A stretch of DNA of 64,000 nucleotides from NCBI GenBank assembly GCA_001724265.1, contig MEDY01000034.1, forward strand, positions 1 through 64,000, in the 5' to 3' direction. Position numbers and translations under genes: made by a program. Each line of letters begins with the position of its first letter. Position 1 is the first letter of the stretch. The notes beneath the pieces were generated by a model, which was not told where the DNA came from, ran no database searches, and saw only the letters and a program-made list of their open reading frames with translations. Shown here piece after piece: positions 1-11,100 of this stretch. This DNA comes from Rhizaria sp. SCN 62-66. Lineage: Eukaryota.

Positions 1-2790
1 CGGGCGGCCTCGCGGGCGGCGGCGCGCGCGGCGGCGGCGCGGGCGGCGGCAGCGGCGGAGGCCGGCGAAGGCGCGAGGCGCGGGAGCAGCGTCGGCAGGC
101 GCGGCGGCGCCGGCGGGAGCAGCGCGAGCGAGATGAGCCGCAGCGGGTTCCAGCGCCGCGCCGCAGTGAGGGCGCTCGCGAAAGCGCTGGGGACAAAGCG
201 CGCGTACGTGTTGCTGCGCAGAGGCGATTGCTGTGATTGTGGAGACTGCGTAGTGAGCGACTGTGGGCTAGCGGGACTGCGTTCACGCGACTCGGCATCA
301 GCCTCAGCGTCAGAGCCAGAGGCAGTGTCTTCAGAGACATCGTCACTACTTGAGTCACTAGCTTTGGCCGCAGTGCCAGCCGCCGCGTTCCTCTTGGCGT
401 TGCTGGCGGCGAGGATGGCGCGGGCGCGCGCCTTGCCCTCAGCGGACATGAGCACCAGAACATGCACCTGGAGCGACAACGCCAGGTCGCCCACGCTCAC
501 CGTCACCGGTAGAGACGCGAACGGTTTCACCTTGCCCGCCGCACTCACAGCGGCACTCGCAGCGGGGCCCGCGGCAGTACTCACGGGACGCGTGTGCGAC
601 TGCGACAGGGTCGGTGATCGCGGGCTCGGGCCGGCGGGGGGCGACTTGGCCCCCGTGAGGCTGGAGAGGCCACCCAGCACCGCGTCTCGGAGCGCGGTGA
701 AGGTCTCCAGCCCCGGCAGCGCGAAATCGAGCGAGGTGGACAGCGAGGCCGAAAGCGCGGCGTCGGTCGACACCTCGAGCACGAGCAGCGTGTCCGCGCC
801 AGTGCCCGCAGGCGCAGCGCTGGCGGTCACGGGCTGGGACCGGGTGGGGGACGACACGCCAGCCGCCGCGGCCGCAGCCGCGGAGACAGAGCCCGCTGAA
901 GCCGCGAGCTAAGGCAGCTCGGTGTTGAGCCTGAGCGCGCCCAGCGGCAGCGGCGTCGGCGAGCTGGGGCCGCCGCCGGGGATGCGAGAGGCAGTGTTGA
1001 CGCCCACGGGGGACTGCGGCACCAAAGCAACCACAGCCTGCTGCTGCTGCTGCTGCTGCTGTTGTTGTTGCCCTGCGGAGCTTGAGAGCGGCAGCGGCGA
1101 CATTGCGCCTCGCGCTGCCGCGGACGGCGAGAGCAGGTGCATCGATTGGCGTGCACGCGCGCGCGCGGCGGCCGCGGCGGCCGGGGCGCGCGGGGAAAAG
1201 CTCGCGAGCAGCGACTTGGACGCGCTGGCCACGGCGGAGGCGTCGGCGGGCTTATCAGCAGAGTCAGAGGCAAAGGCAGTGTCGGCGGAGGTAGCGAGCG
1301 CGCCCGACTGAGGCTGAGCCTGTGGTGCTTTGACGTTGATGGTCAAAGCATTCGCACTGTCTGTGCTAGCATCAGTAGCGTTCGCACCCACAGAGTCAGC
1401 GCTACTGTCCGCATTCGAGTTCGCCGCATCTGCCTTGTTTTTTATATTGCCGTTGTTGCTGTAGCGCGACTGCGGGCGCATGTCGGGCGAGGGCGGAATC
1501 GTCGACCGTGGCAGAGACGGCAGGACGCCGCTCAGACTGCTGCTGCTGCTCGCCAGCGCCCCGTCCCCGTCGTCGTCGGAGTAGTTGCCGCGGCCGCTGC
1601 CGCCGTTGTTGATATTGTTGAAGCGGGTGCGATACCCAGTCTGCTGCTGGTGCTGGGGCTGCTGCAGTTGAAACATGTCGCTACTCTCGTTGTCATCGTG
1701 GTCGTCGCCGCGCTTTGCGGCGCTCGCAGCGCTGCTCGCGACCATGTCGCCGCTGCTGGTGTGAACAACAGCGCTGCTCTGAGGGCGGGAGCGGAACTCA
1801 GCCGCTGGGGCGCTGGGGGGCGGGACGGGACCGAAAAAGTCGAGCCTGCCCCCCGCCGCGCCCCGCAGGCCTGCGCCTCGCATCTGCTGCTGCTGTGGTG
1901 GCTGCAGCTGCGGCTTCACGGGCGAGCCGGGGACCGACTGCAGCGCGGCGGGTGGGTTCGAGTTGCTGCTGTAGGCGCCCATGCTCGAGAGCAGCAGCAA
2001 CTGCTGCGCCTGCACCTGCAGCTGCGCGTTGCCACCGCCGCCGCCCGCAGCACCCGTGCCCGCGCCAGCGCCAGACTGGGCCTGGGAGTGTGGCTGAGTG
2101 CCGAGCACCTCGAGCGCGCCCCCGACGGCCGCGGCGGCGGTAGCGGGAACCTCGTGCTTGACGCGCGTGACGGCCGTGTCGGTCAGGAACGCTGCCACGA
2201 CCTCGGGCCCCGCGGCGGCGAGCAGGCGGATCTGGAAAGCTGGCGCCGAGGGGCTAATGGTCAGGTTCGTAACCGTCGGCGCGGAGAGCGGGGAGAGGCG
2301 CAGCAGGCTGTGCGCGGGGATCGAGCCCAGCAGGCGGTCCGCGAACGACAAACCGTCGTCATCGTCGTCGCTTTTCTGCTGCTGGTTGCCACCACGGGGG
2401 GCGCCGTCACCGGAGCTGAGGCCGCGCTTGGCTTCCTCTGCGTCGTCATCATCGCCGCTAATGTCGGCAAACGCAGCGGGGGAGGCCTGCGTGGCGCTGC
2501 GCAGAATGGCGTGCTGGCGGTCCGTGATTGCACAGTGAATGGCCGCGAGGGTCTTCTCAGGCACGGTCGACAGGGACTCGTTCAGCAGCGCCTGCAGCCG
2601 GGACGCGTTCTCCGGCGTCGACAGGGAGTCCCTATAGCGCAAAAGCGATACGCAATCATCAGATGGTGTAATGGATGAGATAGAAGGTTAGGTGATGGCT
2701 GGATGAAGATCGGAGCAACGATGTGCGTAAGACGGAAGTGAAGCGATTTGCAAAATGACGGATAGAGACGTACCATGCTAGATTCAGCAT
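1..2790 (-). CDS. MDM12: Mdm12-like ERMES SMP-domain protein, 3' partial; exons 2790-2774 and 2631-<1; in-frame TAG at 911-909
   Basis: Splicing of GTACGT...TATAG gives MLNLAWDSLSTPENASRLQALLNESL, like the Mdm12 N-terminus (yeast MSFDINWSTL...RLNDLIRKHLNSYL, from memory). PTVTNLTISPSAPAFQIRLL fits the first SMP strands. After the TAG, DTLLVLEVSTDAALSASLSTSLDFALPG...FASLPVTVSVGDLALSLQVHVLV fits [49 protein letters not shown]. Large Ala/Ser/Gln inserts. Mdm34 is not excluded. Confidence 0.65.
2632..2773 (-). other. Spliceosomal intron, 142 nt, phase 2
   Basis: GTACGT donor, pyrimidine-rich, TTTTTGCGCTATAG acceptor; joins ATG CTG AAT CTA GCA TG|G GAC in frame. Confidence 0.8.
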
Positions 2791-3149
2791 TGTTTAAAAA
2801 GAGGTTGTATGAATTACACAATATAACCGCTGACTATGATAGTCTTGTCGCAACAGACGGAAGTCAGCAGTCACAGATGACGCGCGGATTTAGTCCCACT
2901 CCCACCTACCAACACGCTGCCACAAAGATGCAGTGCGTCACGCACAACGTGAAAAATGAAGTGTAAGCCAATGTAGTGACAATGTCGGTGTTTAATTATG
3001 CGATATATGAGAAATCGATTGTAGTTAGAAGTGTTTTAAATTGTATTATTAGTATCAGTGAATGCTGCAGCCGTCAAACGCAGCGCGCAAAACAAAAGCG
3101 GGGTACAAGTTAACCCAAGCCGAATAGAGAAGACAAAACCAGTCTCTGT

Positions 3150-3400
3150 GGGTTCATAATGTTACATTTAGACGTACAAACACACACCGACACACACACA
3201 CACTGCACGAAGCAAAGGTGTTATGTACCTCCGGTGGGTCGTCGTTAGGGGCACCAAGAAAACAAACTTTTTCTTCGTTTGTTGTAATTGTTGCTATAAA
3301 AAATAATCGCAGGTTGTAAGTGACGCGGTAACACTCAACCAGACAAACAAACAAAAAAAACAACAGACCAAACAAACACGAAACTACTACACACCGCACC
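3150..3400 (-). repeat. GU/U-rich simple repeats in the ODC 3' region
   Basis: The + strand shows (CA)n and (CAAA)n tracts, i.e. (GT)n and (TTTG)n on the ODC sense strand. Confidence 0.55.
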
Positions 3401-3486
3401 TGATTCGCTTCTCACAGCACACCGGTTCAGTCGAGTGCGAGTGAAGTCACGACACAGGCACAGTGTAAGAGCGCCCAGACAGCTGC

Positions 3487-5145
3487 TTACGCGATGGTGA
3501 GGTCGCCGACGGCGGGAGCAGCGGAGAAGTTCTCGAAGTCGAAGAGAGCCTTGTCGGAGCGCACGTACTGCACGACGGGGCGCGGGATGCCGTTGAAGGA
3601 GCTCTGGGCGGCGATGGTGTAGGCGCCGAGGTTAGGGAAGACGAGCCAGTCGTCGACGTCCATGAGCGGCAGCGCGATCTCGTTGTAGATGCAGTCGAGC
3701 CCGTCGCAGGTGGGGCCGAAGACCTTGATGCGGAAGTGCCCCGGGGGCAGCTTCTTGCAGCTCTTTGCGCCGGCGTGGGGGGCCGCGGCGTCGGCGTCGG
3801 CGGCGGTGGCGTCCTTGCTGTCGCCCTCGTCATCCGAGTCGTCGTCGAGGCGCGTCGCGGCGTTGGCGCGCGCGGCGAGGTAGGCCTGGACATTGGCGTT
3901 GTGCGCGGCCTGCTTCTCGGCGTCGGCGAACATGGCGTGCGGGTGCTCGGGCGTGAAGTGGTCGTAGAAAATGCAGTTGAAGGCGCCGTAGAGCCCGTCG
4001 CCGATGTAGTAGAGCGCGTGGGGCTGCTTCGTCTCCTCGCCCTTCTTGGCGACCCAGGACGGCATGGCCTTGTTGACGCGGCGCGCAATGATGGGCGTGG
4101 CGAAGGTCATGCACGCGTGCGCGAAGAAGCGGCCCGGCTCGGCGATGATGTGCACGGGCGGCAGGGCCTCGCCCGTGATGGGCGACACGGCGCGGCCGGC
4201 GTTGAGGTTCGCGGGGAACATCTCGTCCAGCACAGGGGTGATCGTGCGGCCGATCGAGGGGAAGTCGATGAGGCCGCCGTCGTGGCCCGGGTAGCCGCCG
4301 CCGAGGTCGAGCAGGTACACGGGGTGGCCCAGCACGTAGGCGATGTCGAAGACGCGGCGCGCGTCCTGCACGGCCTTGACGTACGACAGCACCGAGTTGC
4401 AGCCAGAGCCGACGTGAAAGGACACGCCGACGACGCCGAGCGCGAGCTGCGCGGCGACAGTGAGGAGGTGCTCGCAGTCCTCGACGTGGGCGCCGAACTT
4501 GGCCGAGAACTTGCAGATCGAGTGCGAGTCGTCGGTGATGATGCGCAGCACGGGCTTGGCCGCAGTGGTGGGGAAGCCGGCGGCCGAGAACGAGGCGGCG
4601 ATCTTGTACAGCTCGTCCTCGGAGTCGAAGGTCATGCGGTAGATGCCGTTGGTGGCGGCGAACTCGATGTCCGAGGGCAGCTTGGCCGGGTTGGCGAAGA
4701 TGATGCGGTCAGGCGAGCAGCCGAGGTCGAGCGCGAGCTGCATCTCGTGCTTGGACGCGCAGTCAAAGCCGGCGCCCTGAGCAAAGAGCGTCTGCAGGAT
4801 GATGGGGTCGGTGTTGCACTTCATGGCGTAGAACATGTCGGCGCGCGGGATGAAGTGGGTCCACTTCTGGAACGCGTGCTCCAGAGGGGTGATGTCGAGC
4901 ACGTGCACGGGAGACCCGTTGGCGAGGGAGCGGTGCGTCTCCTTGACGTACTCCACGGCAGACTGGCCGGCGGGGAGCGTCTTGATGCTGTTCTTGGCCA
5001 TCACCGCTTGGATCTTGGACTCGGTGACCGAGGCAGACGGGTAGGAAAAGACGGGTTTCGTGGGGACCGCGGAAGGGTCGCAAAGAAGCCCATCATGGGC
5101 AATGATCTCACTGAACTGGCATGTGGTGCTAGAGGTCTTCTCCAT
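3487..5145 (-). CDS. ODC1: Ornithine decarboxylase (fold-type III PLP enzyme), 552 aa; alternative start at 5002
   Basis: FYAMKCN (PLP lysine), GFDCAS, IIFANPAK, KFGA, VSFHVGSGC, LDLGGGYPG, IIAEPGRFF, DGLYGAFNCIFYDH, FGPTCDGLD (catalytic Cys), GAYT..SSFNG. Strong GC3 bias; TAA stop. Confidence 0.96.
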   Translation of the reverse strand: MEKTSSTTCQFSEIIAHDGLLCDPSAVPTKPVFSYPSASVTESKIQAVMAKNSIKTLPAGQSAVEYVKETHRSLANGSPVHVLDITPLEHAFQKWTHFIPRADMFYAMKCNTDPIILQTLFAQGAGFDCASKHEMQLALDLGCSPDRIIFANPAKLPSDIEFAATNGIYRMTFDSEDELYKIAASFSAAGFPTTAAKPVLRIITDDSHSICKFSAKFGAHVEDCEHLLTVAAQLALGVVGVSFHVGSGCNSVLSYVKAVQDARRVFDIAYVLGHPVYLLDLGGGYPGHDGGLIDFPSIGRTITPVLDEMFPANLNAGRAVSPITGEALPPVHIIAEPGRFFAHACMTFATPIIARRVNKAMPSWVAKKGEETKQPHALYYIGDGLYGAFNCIFYDHFTPEHPHAMFADAEKQAAHNANVQAYLAARANAATRLDDDSDDEGDSKDATAADADAAAPHAGAKSCKKLPPGHFRIKVFGPTCDGLDCIYNEIALPLMDVDDWLVFPNLGAYTIAAQSSFNGIPRPVVQYVRSDKALFDFENFSAAPAVGDLTIA

Positions 5146-5180
5146 TAACTAGGTGGAGATGAGTCGATTGACGCAAACAT
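5145..5180 (-). promoter_or_regulatory. uORF MFASIDSSPPS* whose TAA overlaps the ODC ATG (TAATG)
   Basis: ATG TTT GCG TCA ATC GAC TCA TCT CCA CCT AGT TAA(TG); the ATG follows a long pyrimidine tract and GCCGTC; the same frame is open upstream at least to GTG 5354. Confidence 0.7.
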
Positions 5181-6544
5181 GACGGCGAAAAAAGGGCAGC
5201 AAAGTGGAGAAAAGAGGGAAAATGCAGGTGGGTGAGGGAATGACGTCGGAGTGGAGGCAGAGGGTTTTTTGGTTGGGGATGCGTGTGGGCACTTAAAAGG
5301 CCATAAAAGAACACTCAGGCCCCTTCTTGGCTCAAAATGGTATGGACAAGGCACATGAAGAAAATAGATGCTTCAAGAAACCCCTTCATGGCCATCATAA
5401 GCCGACGGTTTTAGAGCTCCGGTCTGCGTGGTGGGGTTCAAGTGCGTTTAAGCGGAAGCCAATTAAAGACCCTTTCTGCGAAGATGCGCTCGCAGCGTGC
5501 GATCACTAATGCTTAATAAAGAAGCATATATGTACACTTAAACACGCAAATCATCGATCAGAGGCGGAACGCCGATATGAACGACGTAAACCGGGTTTTA
5601 GGAGGAATTCGGCAAGGAGCCTCGCCACCGCTCGGGGCGACGTAGACTTTTGGCGGAACGCGTGGCGCACTCAATTACCCACACATGCAAGAATGAAATA
5701 GCATAATCAAATCACCAATGCATTATGTAAAGTTTTACATTTCAGTTTTCTACAAATAAGCGCAAGAACATCAAAAAAGCTCGATTTACGAAATCCTCGG
5801 GCTGCGGGGAGGACCCTCCCCGAGCGCACCATACAAAAAAGCAAGGCCGCCGAGCACGTTCGCCACCACCACAAACGGCTCGCGCGTTATTGTCGTTCGG
5901 TACATTTTTTCGGTCCAACCATGAGAGAGCGAGCGAGAGGTTTATTCCAAGAAAAACATGTACATTCAAGGACAATAATGAACAACTGTGAAGGTGCGAT
6001 GACATTTGTTATGTATTTAGTAGATAGATGACGTCTGCGACGCGAATAACATAGGTGTAAAAAATAAAATTCAAGGCAAACCCGCCCTCAAAAAGTGAGT
6101 CAACGGAGCTGCCAGGTAGGGTTGTAATGCTCATAACAGCGTGTTTAGTTGTCCACATGCACTACGCGTGCAGACTTTATCGTGTTTTCTGTTAGAACTT
6201 TCCACTGGTCAACGTATAAAGACGTTTATAACAAAGCGCCGCTTTGCTGGCAGTCTGTACGTCAGTTCGTGTGGAGTTACGCACACGAGTGGCAATGGAA
6301 ATGAGTGCTGTTTAAGGAGTTGTTGTGAGGACAAGTCGAGGCGACACGCCAGTGTAGCCAGGGCTGCAGGCAACACCACACGCGGCGCAACGACTCTGGC
6401 GCAGTGGCAGGCGCAGCGGGGCCGAGCGCGGTCCCGCCAGTCCGTCACAACGCTGCGTAGGTCGAAAGTCTTCTTCGTGACGATGGAGAGCTCGTCTCGC
6501 CGGGCACGGAGAGACGGCGAGGCGCGACGGGGGCGGTAGGTAGC

Positions 6545-6952
6545 TTAGAGGGTCTCGGAGAGGGGCTGGTTGGAGATCTCGAGGTTGGCCTGCTTGCGGC
6601 GCATGGCAAAGGCGTAGAGCGCGGTGCGAATGGCCTGGTCGGCGGGCAGCGCGACCTCGGCCGTGGGCGGGTTGCGGAGCGTGCGAAGCTTCCAGTACGT
6701 CTCGGCGAGCTCGGCGCGCTCCGCGGAGCCGTTGGGGGCCTGGCAAGCGAGGGTCATGGTCGCCTGCTCGCGGCGGAGGAAGCCCTCGCGAATACGGGGG
6801 TTAACGGTGGCGGCATCGCTGCCGGCAGGCACCTCGAAGACAGTACGAGGCTCCCACATCAGAGGAGCAAGACCAGCCTCACCACGGAAGTCAGTAGGAC
6901 TCAGGACGGGAGTCTGGAAATAGTCCTTGATAAACTGCATTAAGGCAGACAT
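6545..6952 (-). CDS. 135-aa protein, tentatively complex I NDUFB10/PDSW-like
   Basis: Clean ATG..TAA ORF with GC3 bias. RIREGFLRREQA...ACQAPNG...AELAETYWK loosely resembles PDSW VREKWIQIEKA...WCYRVEG...RHLVQQYLD. The gene is likely real; the family call is weak (about 0.3). Confidence 0.7.
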   Translation of the reverse strand: MSALMQFIKDYFQTPVLSPTDFRGEAGLAPLMWEPRTVFEVPAGSDAATVNPRIREGFLRREQATMTLACQAPNGSAERAELAETYWKLRTLRNPPTAEVALPADQAIRTALYAFAMRRKQANLEISNQPLSETL

Positions 6953-7208
6953 TGCTGTTTGTCTTTGACGGGCCTATGCGCGAGAAAGTCAAAAGAAACA
7001 AACACCCATCTGAGCTCTTCATCACACAGCCAGCCGCGGTCGACCACTGTTCGATTTTTGCGAACCACGCCGCTCGCTGCCTCTTCTGACCGACGACCAA
7101 ATAAAATCACATAGTATCTCAACTATTTCATCGTCAGTAGGTTTCTAGCATGCGTATTAAGATAAGACACTCAATATACATACTGTTGTTCTTTTCGCAC
7201 ATCTTAGA
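6953..7208. promoter_or_regulatory. Putative bidirectional promoter (256 bp)
   Basis: AT-richer spacer between divergent ATGs at 6952 (-) and 7209 (+). Confidence 0.5.
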
Positions 7209-7667
7209 ATGGCAACTTCGCTTCCCACACCCGTGCGGCAACTGCCGTCGAACCACGTTGGCCACCTCCCCGACCTCGTATCGGATGAGGACCAGGGCAA
7301 GTCGCGCATCCTCGCCGAGTTCGAGGTCCCCAAGCTGCTCACGGACGCGCAGCTCGCGGAGCAGGTCGGCGACAACAAGCTCGACTTCGACCCGCTCTGG
7401 TTCCTGTACGACCCTCGGCACCTGCCGTGCTTCCGCCGCGCCGCCACGCTCGGCGGCGGCATCGGCGCGCTTGTCGGCGCCAGCGTCTATTGGCGGACGC
7501 GCGCCGCGCTGCCCTCTACGCTGGGCGGCGCCGCGACTTGGTTCGCCGGATTTGCGCTGTCGTGGGCGCAGTGCCGCGTCGCGTACAAAAGCCAGAAGAT
7601 GCATGACCCCAACTCAGCGATGTCGCTCGTGCAGGGCACCGACAACGAGCACGACAAGGACAACTGA
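7209..7667 (+). CDS. COX20: Cytochrome c oxidase assembly factor COX20 (FAM36A), 152 aa
   Basis: LPCFRRAATLGGGIGALVG...two hydrophobic segments...WAQCR matches the PC.R..hh.G...W..CR pattern of COX20; TGA stop. Confidence 0.75.
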   Translation: MATSLPTPVRQLPSNHVGHLPDLVSDEDQGKSRILAEFEVPKLLTDAQLAEQVGDNKLDFDPLWFLYDPRHLPCFRRAATLGGGIGALVGASVYWRTRAALPSTLGGAATWFAGFALSWAQCRVAYKSQKMHDPNSAMSLVQGTDNEHDKDN

Positions 7668-8147
7668 AGAACTCAGTTGTCTAATCATCCAAGCTACGAA
7701 GTACGATGCAACACTATTTAATAAGCGAGTCATGGACATCGAATACGCCATCATCGGACGACAAGTGCAGTCAGGACATAGACAAACAAGAGCTTGAGCG
7801 GAACATAACACCGATGACTTGAAGGAGTGGTTTAATAATCACACTAGAGTTTATTGTTGATATACTTTTACTTTCAAACACTGTTATCTACTATTTATCT
7901 CTGCGCATGGTCACAGTGGCCAGAGCAACACTTGTTCAACCAGCACACCAGCATAGAGAGAAAGAAACCGGGCCAATACAAACGCAATCTGTCAATATTC
8001 ATGATTAACTTTTTAACAAACAAAGCTTGCCTTTTCTGTACTTGCTCTTTGCGTGTACAAGCAGCTGTAAGGATTTGATGATATTTGAAACAGACACATC
8101 ACCATTGAGTTAAGCCGTGCTTAACTTCGAAATTGCTAATTGAGTGC

Positions 8148-11100
8148 TCACTTGGACTTGGCAAGCTTCTTGGTACAGGTGACGCACACGCGCACGGGGT
8201 CGAAGAACCCGAGGCGCGGCACGGGGATCTTGTGCACGGAGCACTTCTGGCAGAAGACGCCGCCGCACGCGCGGCAGTGGTGGCGCCGGCGCAGCCGCGT
8301 GAACTGGGTCCGGCAGCACGCGCACGTGGCCGCGTTCTCGTCGGGCACCCAGTGCTCGGTGTTGGCGAGCGTCCACGCCAGCAGCGCGCCCGACGCGTCG
8401 CCGGTCCACATGCGCGTGCCCCAGCCCCAGCCAAGCGCGGTCCACGCGGCCGCGTGCGGCGCGCTCGACCGGACGCCGGCGCCGGCGTTGACTCGCGAAG
8501 CGGCGCCGGTGACGAGCCCCAGCACGCCGCTGGCCGAGTTCGCGAGCGCCGCAAAGCCGCCGCCGAAGGCCGCGCTGGTGGTGGGGCAGGCCGGCGACGC
8601 CGCGCCGGGCGTCTGCGCGGGCTCGTGCACGCGGATCACCGTCACGGGCGCCGAGTGCTCGACGCGCTGCAACCGGAGCACGCAGCGCATGTAGGGCGCG
8701 CGCGAAGTGGCGACGGGCACCGGGTACGGGTACGTGCTGACAGGGTACGGCACCGAGGGGTCGAGTAGTGGGTAGCCCGCGTCGAGGTTGCCCGCGAGGC
8801 GGTCCTCCTCGTCGTCGTCCAGCAGCGCCAGGCGCGCCAGCACCGACGGCATGTCCGTCGACGACAGGCCGGAGACCGGGCCCGTGATGCTGGGGCCGGC
8901 GGCGGCGGCCGCGATCGCAGCGGCGGCGGCGGCGGACGCAGCCAAGGACGCTGGGGTGACAAGCGGGGCGTTGGCAGCGAAGCTAGCGCGGCCAGGGCTG
9001 GTGGTTGCGGATGACGAAGAAGACAAGTCAGTGACAGCGTTCATGTTGGCGGCGGCAATCGCGGCAGCGGTCGCCGCAACAGCAGACGAAGAGCCTGAAG
9101 ACTGATCGCTAACGTTCGAGTTAGAGTTAAGCATCTGCGCACGCCACTGGGCCAGCGCAGCGACCTGCGCCTGCAGTGTGGCGGCGTCGCCAGAGGCAGC
9201 GACGGCGGAGGAGCTCGCCAGCACGCCGTCGACATCGACGTCGTCCTCGGCCGTATCATCGTAGCCGTCGTTGTCATCGATGTCGTCGTCGTCCTCCTCG
9301 TCGTCGTCGCCCGCGCCGGTGCTCGTGCCCGTGTTGGCGCGGTCGCGCGTGCTGACGCGGCTGCGGCGCAGCGAGCGACCGCGCTGGCCCGTGCTGCTGC
9401 GGCCGTTGGTGCCCGCGCTGGCCGTCGACGCCGCAGCCGCCTCGTCATCATCGTCGTCGGCGTCGGCCGCCGCAGCCGCACTCGCGCGCGCCGCGGCCGC
9501 CGCGGCAGTCTCGTCTGCAGCGGCAGACTCGATGGCGATCGCCGCGGCGGCAGCCGCCGCCATGGCAGCGGGGTTGCCCTCTGCGCCGCCGATCGCGGCC
9601 CAGGCCGAGGAGGACACGGAGCCGTCGTTATAGGGCGAGCCGACGCCGTGGGGCGCGCTGGGTAGCCCGAGCGCGGCGCTGAGGGCGTTGCGCTCGTGCG
9701 GGCGCAGACGGCAGCGCAGCTGCGCGGCCTCTGCGAGCAGCATGAGGCGCCAGAACCGCAGCGAGCCGTCGTTGTGGCCCGTGACAATCATGCGGCCCTG
9801 CTCGCAATGTTGCGGTGCGAAGACGAAGGCGCAGGAGCGGATGCAGTGGCCCGCAGAGAGGTCCACCTCGGGCTCGGGGCCGTGCACGGCGTCAGCGGCC
9901 TCGGCGAGCTCCTTCGCCTCGGCGTCGGGGCCCAGCGCGCTGACAGCGGCAGCGACGGCGCCGCGCTGGGCCGTCTCGGTGGCGGCGTTAAGCGAGGCGT
10001 CGAGGTGCGCGACGAGGCGGCCGTTGACGGTCCACACGAAGGCGTGCGTGCGCGCGGTCACGAGCAGCAGTCCGGCCTCTGCGCAGTAGGCCGCGGAGGT
10101 GATGGCCGACGGGTGCTGCGGCAGCGCGCGCACGAGAGTGAGCTCATGTGCGTCCCACAGCTCCACGCGGCCCTGAGCGTCGCAGCGCACAATGACGCCG
10201 AGCTCGTAGGCGTGCAGCAGCACCGTGATGGGCGCGAAGAGCCCGCCGAGCGAGGCCGCGGGGGGCAGCACCTTGCGCAGCGTGAGGTGGCGCAGGTGCA
10301 GGCGCGGGTGCGGCACGTACACGGCCACGGCGCCGTCCGCGCCGCCGGTGAGCACGGTGCGTGAGTCTGTCGACACGGCCGCGGCGGTGACGCGACCGCG
10401 GTGGATGGTGGCGACGGTGAGCAGCAGCTCGCCGTTCTGCACGGCCTGCACGCGCGGCGTCGGCGACGCGAGCAACAAGGCGGGCGCGGTAGCGACCACG
10501 GCCGCGGAGCCGACCACGGACAGGTCAGAGCCGACCACCGCAGCGGTGGAGACAAGGCCCGTGGACGCGGTCGCCAGCGCGGAGCCGGCGGCGTTGGCCG
10601 TGGCGCGCGCATTAGTCGGGGGCACGAAGCCGCCCGCGGCGAGCGCGGCCTGGTGCTGCATGTGCTGCTGGCTCTGCTGCTCCTGCGCGGCGGCATGCTC
10701 GCGCATCGCGGCGGCCGTGGCATTGGCAACGTTGAGCGCAGCGGTGGTGTTGATCTCGGCACGCGCGGGGCCAGACTGGCCAGCAGCCGCCGCAGCGCTA
10801 TCACTGCTGCCGACCTGCATCTTAGTCACGTTGGCGACTGAATACGCGCGCAGCGAGCCGTCGTTAAAGCCCCAAGCAAGCGTCTTGGCGAGGCCGGCAC
10901 CGACAAGCAAGCGCTGCTGCGGCGCGACGAACAGCCGCGGCTTGCGGTGCGCGCCGGCCTTCAGCACGCGCACGTCGCCGACGCCGGAGCCGAGTCCGGC
11001 CGGGTGGCGCGCGTGCGCGGGGGACGGCAGCGTGAGCGCGCAGCGGGTCGGGATGCGCGCGCCGCCGCCCTCCGCGGGCAGCGACTGCAGCAGGGCCGGA

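Noticed and set aside
3487-5145. ODC as an inactive antizyme inhibitor
   Set aside because: The PLP lysine, HVGSG, GGG loop and catalytic CD motif are all intact.
5400-5430. CTCTAAA on the minus strand as a possible CUA suppressor tRNA anticodon loop
   Set aside because: No proper anticodon stem and no D or T arms nearby.
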